IMG/VR virus record: IMGVR_UViG_3300031087_000497
Origin: an uncultured virus (IMG/VR IMGVR_UViG_3300031087_000497)
Lineage: Duplodnaviria > Heunggongvirae > Uroviricota > Caudoviricetes
Direction: 5' to 3' (one strand)
DNA length: 64,000 bases
Positions 27,863 through 34,859 of the stretch are shown piece by piece; positions within the stretch are counted from its first letter, which is position 1, and each line of letters opens with the position of its first letter. The notes beneath the pieces were generated by a model. That model saw nothing but the letters and a program-made list of their open reading frames with translations, ran no database searches and was not told the DNA's origin. The position numbers were made by a program, and so were the translations under genes.

Positions 27863-28089
27863 GCCCGCCGCGCTACCAATAACGTGACCTAGGTTAAATC
27901 GGGGGGCACAGCCAGGCCGGCGGCGGTGCCCTTTTCTACCGCCTGGCGCCCCTTTGACTGGATTTATCGCAGTCTGCCCCATCCTCTTCAAAAATAGCTG
28001 GTGCGCTACGAAGACTCTCGGCCCACTATCAAATGGTAGTGGTTCGCGTTATCATTGATGCAAATATATGCACAAATGCATAAATTGCA

Positions 28090-28118
28090 TTGACGCCTAA
28101 CCTGTACGTTTGTACAGT
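28090..28118 (+). promoter_or_regulatory. Sigma70 promoter with LexA box overlapping the -10
   Basis: TTGACG-17bp-TACAGT; CTGTACGTTTGTACAG 28102-28117. Confidence 0.85.
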
Positions 28119-28191
28119 GTTTGAGTGCCTACGACCTACGCACACCGATTGGACAAAAAATTTATGACTCTAAAGAAATGGAGAACGCATC

Positions 28192-29247
28192 ATGTTGAAA
28201 ATTGGAGACACGTTTTACCTTACCGCACCAGTGGTAATTAATACGGATGAATACAAACCACAAACGTTCGGAGGTGGCGGCAGCGGCGACGGAAGTATAG
28301 GTAATAGCCGTCTAGGAGCATTAATCAGTGCTGCGACGCGTGCGCATATTCTGAATACTTTCCCTGCCAAAATTGCTAAAGACGTTAAAGATCAAGAGAG
28401 CAATATTGTTACTAAACTGCAAACGCTGCCACAAACGTTAGATGATAGCATTGCTGCTCTTACCCAACAAAACCCGGCTCATAATACAGCCGATACTGCC
28501 AAACAGCTCGAAAATTATGTTACGGCCAATAATCTCCTTCTCACCCAAAAAACACAGGAGTACAGCCAACAAAAAACGATTGCAGATTCGTATTATTATG
28601 GACGGGACTTTTTTAGCTATCCCACCAATCGATTCATCTCGCTTGCCATTAGCAATGGCATGGTTAATATGAGTCCTGATGTACACTATAAAAAATGGTT
28701 TACTTCGTTGCAGGCAGCGTATAACGCGAAATATATCCAATACCAAATCGACTATTTGACTAAAACTAAAGCGTGGTTGCAGGGGTTGACTCCAGAGATG
28801 TTAAGCGCTGAGGCGCTGCGCTTACAAGAAGCAGAGCGGCGTGCAGCGAATAAGCAGGTTCCGTCAATTCCAGCCGGCGTTTCTTTGGATGAAAACATGA
28901 GGATCTCTAAGGCTACGCGAGATTCAGCAAAGCTGGTTATAGGTGGTGAAAACGCATTTGTTTATGGTGTTTTTTACACCAAAGTTAGAAATGGCGGTGA
29001 ATGGGATTATAAACAGCGAGGCCGCCAATTCGAAGAGTTTGGGAATTTCAACTACGGCGCCACTGGCACAGCAGCGGGAATTCCGGAGCAAATCCTGCTG
29101 CGTGCCGCAGGCGCGGCGCAAAGTCAAGCGGGCACGTCGGAAGCGGATTTTGGTAAGTGGTGGAAAGAAACTCCGTATGGGGATGACAGGGTAGATCAGG
29201 TCTGGATTAAAGCAGGCATTGAACACGCTAAGACCAAAGGGTACTGA
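28192..29247 (+). CDS. S-pyocin-like bacteriocin with C-terminal Ntox44 (polymorphic toxin 44) domain
   Basis: Gly-rich N-terminus, helical middle, C-terminal KVRNGGEWDYK..FGNFNYGATG..LLRAAG.AQ..PYGDD..DQ..IKAG; AT-rich relative to flanks. Confidence 0.8.
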   Translation: MLKIGDTFYLTAPVVINTDEYKPQTFGGGGSGDGSIGNSRLGALISAATRAHILNTFPAKIAKDVKDQESNIVTKLQTLPQTLDDSIAALTQQNPAHNTADTAKQLENYVTANNLLLTQKTQEYSQQKTIADSYYYGRDFFSYPTNRFISLAISNGMVNMSPDVHYKKWFTSLQAAYNAKYIQYQIDYLTKTKAWLQGLTPEMLSAEALRLQEAERRAANKQVPSIPAGVSLDENMRISKATRDSAKLVIGGENAFVYGVFYTKVRNGGEWDYKQRGRQFEEFGNFNYGATGTAAGIPEQILLRAAGAAQSQAGTSEADFGKWWKETPYGDDRVDQVWIKAGIEHAKTKGY

Positions 29248-29275
29248 GGTTTTTAAATCTGTTAAAAAACACGCG

Positions 29276-29303
29276 TTGACGCTACAGACAAGCCCTGTAA
29301 AAT
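29276..29303 (+). promoter_or_regulatory. Separate promoter for the downstream gene
   Basis: TTGACG-16bp-TAAAAT. Confidence 0.55.
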
Positions 29304-29353
29304 GGGCTTGTTATTATCAATGCGCTCATTGAATACGCTCTAGGGGAATTTTT

Positions 29354-29764
29354 ATGAAACGATGGTTTCAAGGCTTATGCAACCTTGTTTTGGTTGGCTG
29401 CCTCGTTTACTTCGGTATAAGCTGGACAAGCTCACCATCCGCAGCTAATTTAGATGAAATTGTTTATAAACACCCCCTTGGTAATGGTAATTCGCTTTAT
29501 GGAGCGCGCGACAATCGCGGGGGAGCGACGGTCGGGTTTTCCTATCGTTACTATATTTCCAAGCAGACTGATACTGATGAACAAGCGCTAGCTTTGTTAA
29601 ATGAAAAGCCTCCATTTTTAATAACGAAAGATCCCGAGGTGTCCGCTAAAGTTGTAGATGGCGCACTCCATCTGTCCATTCGCGGAAGAGTTTATGATTT
29701 CAGTAATTACACGCTGAATAGCATTAAGGATTCCGGTGATATTAAAGTCATTATAGGGCTATAA
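29354..29764 (+). CDS. Membrane-anchored protein, candidate immunity protein
   Basis: Follows the toxin, same low GC, N-terminal hydrophobic helix, GGATVGFSYRYY motif. Confidence 0.6.
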   Translation: MKRWFQGLCNLVLVGCLVYFGISWTSSPSAANLDEIVYKHPLGNGNSLYGARDNRGGATVGFSYRYYISKQTDTDEQALALLNEKPPFLITKDPEVSAKVVDGALHLSIRGRVYDFSNYTLNSIKDSGDIKVIIGL

Positions 29765-29806
29765 AAATCACGGCGTGAATGCCTTGCCACATCGGGCGGC
29801 ACCTAG

Positions 29807-29959
29807 CTACAGGAGAATGTTCACCTGGCGCAAGAGCGCGCGGAGGGCTTTGTGGAAGGCGTTGGCGCAACGGGAGCATTGACCCAAGCTACCGTCGAGA
29901 CGCTGACCATCGTGCTGGATGATGCCACCACCGCACGAGAGTTAACGCTGGAGAGCTAA
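29807..29959 (+). pseudogene. Remnant of small helical protein gene
   Basis: ERAEGFVEGV..LDDA frame with no start, preceded by in-frame TAG. Confidence 0.4.
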
Positions 29960-29964
29960 GCCGT

Positions 29965-30159
29965 CTATGCGCCTTGCGCTTTGGCGGCCCGGTCCACGCC
30001 TTCGGCCAGGATTTGTGCGGAGGTGCTGAGTGCGCTGTAGAGTTTTCCCAGCTCCAGTTCGGGAGTGCTGGACGTCGTGCGCTGGTATTCGGCGTACAAC
30101 CGGCGAAAGTCACGCAGCGTGTCCAACTCGTGTGGGGTTAGGTCAAGGATGATGCGCAT
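29965..30159 (-). CDS. Hypothetical protein
   Basis: GAGG RBS, MRIILDLTPHEL.. Confidence 0.6.
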   Translation of the reverse strand: MRIILDLTPHELDTLRDFRRLYAEYQRTTSSTPELELGKLYSALSTSAQILAEGVDRAAKAQGA

Positions 30160-30243
30160 GGCCAAGCCTCGCAATGGGTGTGAGAGCAGTCAGTGTTGCC
30201 CGTCGTAGCGCAATAAACAAATCCCCCGCGCACTCGAAAGCAT

Positions 30244-30284
30244 GCAAAGCGCGCCCACGGCGCCGATAGCACCGCCGGGATAAT
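30244..30284 (+). promoter_or_regulatory. Putative late promoter
   Basis: GCAAAGC-N28-GATAAT. Confidence 0.65.
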
Positions 30285-30310
30285 TTGCCCATGTCCTATG
30301 AGGGTGAGCA

Positions 30311-30607
30311 ATGATTCCCGAAGCCAGGTTCTATCTGGAGGTGCGTAAGTTCGCACTAACAGAACCATCCTACTCGTCCCGCCGCCAGGTCGTGCGCAGC
30401 TTCCCCAGCGAGCGCTATCACCTGCCCATGCTGGCGTTGAGGGTGTATGACGATGCTACCGAGGTTCTGGCCATCCAAGCCGCTGCGGGCCTGTCTACAG
30501 TCGATTCTGAACTGGTAGAGCAGGACGTGGTGCTGCCTACTAGGGAACATCTGGCTTACCTCAAGCAAAAGGCAGGTCTCACCACCGCCGTGAGGTCCGT
30601 TCGCTGA
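30311..30607 (+). CDS. Baseplate/tail protein (P1 gp26-like, LysM/gpX-type)
   Basis: ALRVYDD..LAIQAAAGL..VVLPT; position. Confidence 0.6.
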   Translation: MIPEARFYLEVRKFALTEPSYSSRRQVVRSFPSERYHLPMLALRVYDDATEVLAIQAAAGLSTVDSELVEQDVVLPTREHLAYLKQKAGLTTAVRSVR

Positions 30608-31698
30608 TGGCTGTCCGGAAGAAAAAACGTAGTGCTGTTGTAGCACCGGCTAATAGGGCGGTTTCCGACGCGCGCAAACGTTTTGAGGCAGACCGCGCCC
30701 GCAGGATCGGTGACCAGGACAGGATCCTGTCTGCCGACGACATGGCGGGGCTGTATGACCCAAAACGAGGGCTGTTCACTACCCTGGGCGGGCAATTCCG
30801 AGTCGTCACTACCGACGACTTATTGGCATTCCGCGCGGCGGTTAATGACATCCAGCGGCGCCACGGTCAGCGCGAAGGTAACGTGCCGGTGGTGGGCGCC
30901 AGCGGCGGGATCCTGGCCAAGCAAGTGATCAACCTTTCGGCGCCGGAAGATCGGCAACGGGCAACACGAGAGATTCACACCGTCATTCCCGTGAGCAAGC
31001 AGGGCGGCGTGGTGCACATCACTACAAACTCCGGCCCAGGTTCGGACGTGGCCCGCCACCACGTCAAAGTCCAGTTTCTAGAGTACGACAAGGTTCTGGC
31101 CGACGGCACGACGTCCCTTGAGGCTGCCAAGCGAATGCTGGCGGGCAAGCTGAAGTTTGACTGCGACTGCGGACGACACACGTTCTGGTACCGGTACATC
31201 GCCAGTATCGGGAACTTCAACTACGGACGGCCTGAGGACGGTTTCCCCAGGGTGCGTAACCCCACCATGCGGGGCATTGCGTGCAAGCACGTCATCCGGG
31301 TCATGGCCACCATCACCGCAGGCGCGACCTTCAATCTGTTCGCCAAGAACATGATTGAAACAGGCCGCAAAACTTTGAGCGGCAAACAGGTCGCGGTATC
31401 TGTTGCGGAACAACAGAAATTCGTAGAAAACGTGCTCAAGGAAAGAAAGAAGTCCAAGCGGGGCGCAGTAATCAAGACTACGGATGAACTGAGGGAACAG
31501 CGCAAGGCCCAGCCGTCGTACCAGCGCCAGATTCAAGCCCGCAAGGAGGCCAACGAGTTGGCCCGCAACTCGAAAGCTGCCAAAGTCATACGCTCGACAT
31601 CATCCCCGCAGCACCAGGCCCTAAGCGCAATGATGAAAGCCCAGGGCTTCACTGATATTCAGATCGCCGCCGCACTTAAAGCCGTGGCAAAGGCATAG
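30607..31698 (+). CDS. Tail-associated protein (P1 gp25-like) with SWIM-type zinc motif
   Basis: FDCDCGRHTFWYRYIA..RNP..GIACKHV. Confidence 0.65.
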   Translation: MAVRKKKRSAVVAPANRAVSDARKRFEADRARRIGDQDRILSADDMAGLYDPKRGLFTTLGGQFRVVTTDDLLAFRAAVNDIQRRHGQREGNVPVVGASGGILAKQVINLSAPEDRQRATREIHTVIPVSKQGGVVHITTNSGPGSDVARHHVKVQFLEYDKVLADGTTSLEAAKRMLAGKLKFDCDCGRHTFWYRYIASIGNFNYGRPEDGFPRVRNPTMRGIACKHVIRVMATITAGATFNLFAKNMIETGRKTLSGKQVAVSVAEQQKFVENVLKERKKSKRGAVIKTTDELREQRKAQPSYQRQIQARKEANELARNSKAAKVIRSTSSPQHQALSAMMKAQGFTDIQIAAALKAVAKA

Positions 31699-31707
31699 GG
31701 AACCGAC

Positions 31708-32226
31708 ATGCTCAACAACGTGGCGATCCAGATCAACCGGGCAAATCGACAACGCACGCTGCGTGAGCCCAATTCCATCCCGTGTGTACTGTTCACCAAG
31801 AAGGTCACACGGGTCAGTGATGATCAGACCTATGACGGTGCCCCCACTATTGGTGGCCTGGGCATCATGAGTGATGAAGACGAAGCCGAATATGAGTGGG
31901 TGGAAGCGTGCGAGGCGATGCTCAATTTTTCGCAAAGCTATGCGGCTTCCGTGGGTAACACCTCCGACGATGACAGCCGCCTCGACTACGCAGAAGGCAT
32001 GATTGAGGCGTCTATAGAGCCCCTTGCAGAGCCCGGTACCGCAGAGTACGTGCAGCCAGACAAACGTATGCTGATCGCACTACTTATGGGCGAGGGGATA
32101 ATCATCAATTTTGAGATTGTCGACGTGACCGGCTCCGTCAACATCCCACCCTACACCCGCAAATACCTTCTCAATCTGCGCCCTGACGAAGCAATGAGCG
32201 AAGCCCTGGGTCTCGACGACTACTAA
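31708..32226 (+). CDS. Structural protein (P1 gp7-like)
   Basis: PTIGGLGIMSDEDE motif; position. Confidence 0.55.
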   Translation: MLNNVAIQINRANRQRTLREPNSIPCVLFTKKVTRVSDDQTYDGAPTIGGLGIMSDEDEAEYEWVEACEAMLNFSQSYAASVGNTSDDDSRLDYAEGMIEASIEPLAEPGTAEYVQPDKRMLIALLMGEGIIINFEIVDVTGSVNIPPYTRKYLLNLRPDEAMSEALGLDDY

Positions 32227-32233
32227 GAAAGGG

Positions 32234-32274
32234 GCAAACCCTCGGCCAGCCGGGGGTTCTGGCGTCTGTACGCT
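32234..32274 (+). promoter_or_regulatory. Putative late promoter
   Basis: GCAAACC-N28-TACGCT. Confidence 0.65.
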
Positions 32275-32306
32275 TAAGGTTAATCCAAGCCTTAGTGTGT
32301 ACGTGA

Positions 32307-33947
32307 ATGGCTAATTCAACTGATCAGAAACAGGGCCTGCTGGCGCGCTTGGCCAACGGTACCCGAAAGGCTGCTGACTTGATCTTGGGCGGCGAACTCT
32401 CTGACATGACGCCCGGCCAGGCAGCCGACCAGGCGAATCACAGGCTTGATGCCGTGCCAACGTTCGATGCCGAATACGTTGGCATGGAAATGATGCTGGG
32501 TAACTCTGGCAAGCCGATGCGCACGCGTTCGCAGATTTACATCAAGTACCACTTCATGATGCAGGAAGGGCTCATTTCCACGGCCCTGCGTAACAACGTC
32601 CAAATGGCGCTGGGCGGACACGAAACCACTGGCGAAACGATTTTTATCGAGCCCAAGCCAAAGATCAGCAGCGCCGACAAAAAAATGGTCGCCGACCTGG
32701 CGGGCGTGCTCAAGATGCTGAATGACAGCGCTCACTCCATGTCCTTCAACGCAGCAGGCTTCGGTGACGGGTATGCACGCGCGTACACGGTACCCAAAAA
32801 AGGGGTTATCGCCCTCGACCACGAAACTATGTTCCCGCCACTGATACAGCCATATGAAGAGCTTGGTCGCACCGTCGGTTATGTAGTGAATGTGGGCGAA
32901 AAGGGCACGAGCCGCATGAGTCATCTGGATATCGTGCGCATGAAAATGCCGCGCATGTTGATGTTGCCGCAGATGAAGGCCATCGAAAATGCCCAAAAAA
33001 TCAACCTGGAGGCGAAAGACCTCACACGCATAGTGCCGCTCCCAGCACTTGTGGGTGGCTCGCTACTGGAAGCGGCGGAGCACGATTTCGACAACCTTTA
33101 CGCTGCCTTGCGTGGCCTAGTGGGTCAACGTATTTCAAGCTCAATCGAAGAGGTTCTGTTGGCTCTGGACCTATCCGACACAACCAAGGAACAACGAAAA
33201 CGCATTATCGAGAACACATCCAAGATGATTCTCGCGATGAAGGAGCGGGCCGAAAGGCAAATCAGTGAGGGTGTCTACTCGACAGCGCGAAACTTCAACA
33301 TCATGCCGGTGTGGAGCCAAAAGCAACTGACCCAGGTAAGTAGCCTCGCGTCAGGCGCCAGTGGCCAGAACTTGAACGTCGAGGACGTGCTCTTTCATGC
33401 CAAGAAGCTGGCGGGCACCCTCGGTACCGACATTTCCATGCTGGGTTTCGCCGATCAGTTATCAGGTGGCCTGGGCGATGGCGGGTTCAACCGCACCAGC
33501 AGCCAAGGTGCCGAACGGGCCAGGATGCTGCGTACCAGCTACACCAAGATGGCCAATGACCTTATCGACCGCCACATGCTGGCCAAGTACGGTTTCTGCT
33601 GGCCTGACGCAGAGCGCCCCTACACCATCAACTTCTATGGCTCGATCGCCGCGCTTGAGGCTGAAAAGCAGCTCAGCTCCGAACGCGCCATGAACAAGGC
33701 CGCCATCCTGGTCCAGGTGCTGGCGCAAATGCGCGACGTGGGCATGTCGGAAGAAACCAACGCTTTCATGCTGGCCAAGACGGCAGAACTCGACCAGGAA
33801 GCCGCCGAGGTCTACGCCAAAGGCCTGGCCAACGCAAAACCGCCGCCACAGCCAGGCTTTGGCGGCGGAGACAATGACATGAATCTACCGCCGCCTGGTG
33901 GTACCGACAGCAACAACGACGAAGAAGGGGACGATGGCGATGAGTAA
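32307..33947 (+). CDS. Portal protein (P1 Prt-like)
   Basis: 546 aa, FGDGY, MLGFADQLSGGLGDGGF; upstream of the protease-like gene. Confidence 0.75.
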   Translation: MANSTDQKQGLLARLANGTRKAADLILGGELSDMTPGQAADQANHRLDAVPTFDAEYVGMEMMLGNSGKPMRTRSQIYIKYHFMMQEGLISTALRNNVQMALGGHETTGETIFIEPKPKISSADKKMVADLAGVLKMLNDSAHSMSFNAAGFGDGYARAYTVPKKGVIALDHETMFPPLIQPYEELGRTVGYVVNVGEKGTSRMSHLDIVRMKMPRMLMLPQMKAIENAQKINLEAKDLTRIVPLPALVGGSLLEAAEHDFDNLYAALRGLVGQRISSSIEEVLLALDLSDTTKEQRKRIIENTSKMILAMKERAERQISEGVYSTARNFNIMPVWSQKQLTQVSSLASGASGQNLNVEDVLFHAKKLAGTLGTDISMLGFADQLSGGLGDGGFNRTSSQGAERARMLRTSYTKMANDLIDRHMLAKYGFCWPDAERPYTINFYGSIAALEAEKQLSSERAMNKAAILVQVLAQMRDVGMSEETNAFMLAKTAELDQEAAEVYAKGLANAKPPPQPGFGGGDNDMNLPPPGGTDSNNDEEGDDGDE

Positions 33948-34854
33948 GCGCACGGGCGTTATTCGCTACAACTTGAACGACACCGGGCGCACCTACACCG
34001 GCCAGCCGCGCAAGATCGACATTGACGCCGCCATGCGCTTGCTCAACGGTCCAGCGCTTCAGGAGTCAATCCGTAAGGGCGATGTGGTTGGCTACATAGG
34101 CCACCAGTACCGTGAGAAATTCGGGCTCGACGTCCCGGAAACGGTGATTGTTGACGGCAAGGAGGTAGTGCTGGAACCGGGTGTGCGTACGATTTACATC
34201 AAGTGCTATCCCAACGGCGATGTGGAGCACGAGCAGGAGTTTTTGAATAGCGCCCCTGGGCGAGTCGGGCAGCGCCTGTGGGATAGCAAGGCCTACGGCT
34301 TCAGTTCGGCCATCTATGCCCCTGAAGAGGGCGGCGTGCGGGTACCCAAGGGGTATTTCGGCATGGACCTGGTGCGGGCGCCAAACTACGACAACAACCG
34401 TGGGTATGCGGTGATGCTCGATAGCGTGACCCCTGGGGCATTCGCGGAGACCGACACGTTTGCGTCTGACAGTGCGGCGCTGCTCGACTCCGTAGACATG
34501 ATGATCAAGGAATCTGACGCCCACGCCGCCAGTATCTGCACTTCCTACCTGGAACAATGCAAGGCCAATGATGAATTGGTCGAGTTCAATGCCGTGTTGC
34601 TGGAGAAACTGGCCAAGGTCGGTATCTCGGCGCCGATGCTCGACAACGCGCCGACAGTCATGGAGCGCGGCATTTCCATGGATGAGGGCACGGCCATGCT
34701 CGACACAGCCAATCGTTTTATGGCCAGGGATGACCTGCCTGGCTATCAGGAACCGTCGGACAAGGACGATAAGGACAAAAGTGCGATAGACACGGTCACC
34801 AAGGGCGTCAAAGCGGCCATTTCGGTCATCGGCTCCGTTATTCAGGGGCGCTAA
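33940..34854 (+). CDS. Head processing protease/scaffold (P1 Pro-like)
   Basis: GYIGH, GFSSA, GMDLVRAPNY motifs; acidic C-terminal region. Confidence 0.7.
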   Translation: MSKRTGVIRYNLNDTGRTYTGQPRKIDIDAAMRLLNGPALQESIRKGDVVGYIGHQYREKFGLDVPETVIVDGKEVVLEPGVRTIYIKCYPNGDVEHEQEFLNSAPGRVGQRLWDSKAYGFSSAIYAPEEGGVRVPKGYFGMDLVRAPNYDNNRGYAVMLDSVTPGAFAETDTFASDSAALLDSVDMMIKESDAHAASICTSYLEQCKANDELVEFNAVLLEKLAKVGISAPMLDNAPTVMERGISMDEGTAMLDTANRFMARDDLPGYQEPSDKDDKDKSAIDTVTKGVKAAISVIGSVIQGR

Positions 34855-34859
34855 TCACC

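Larger units (their letters stand above)
26801..27886 (+). repeat. Dispersed direct repeats leading four small genes
   Basis: GAAAGGAACCCC(C)GC..ATG before ATGs at 26825, 27089, 27351 and 27620; ACCAATA(ACG)-like element at 26801, 27316, 27590 and 27875. Confidence 0.85.

Noticed and set aside
26801..27886. CRISPR array or integron attC array
   Set aside because: Spacers are whole genes of more than 200 bp, the repeats are not palindromic attC-like sites, and no cas or tyrosine integrase gene is present
25423..30230. Transposon boundaries around the accessory block
   Set aside because: No transposase, terminal inverted repeats or target duplication identified
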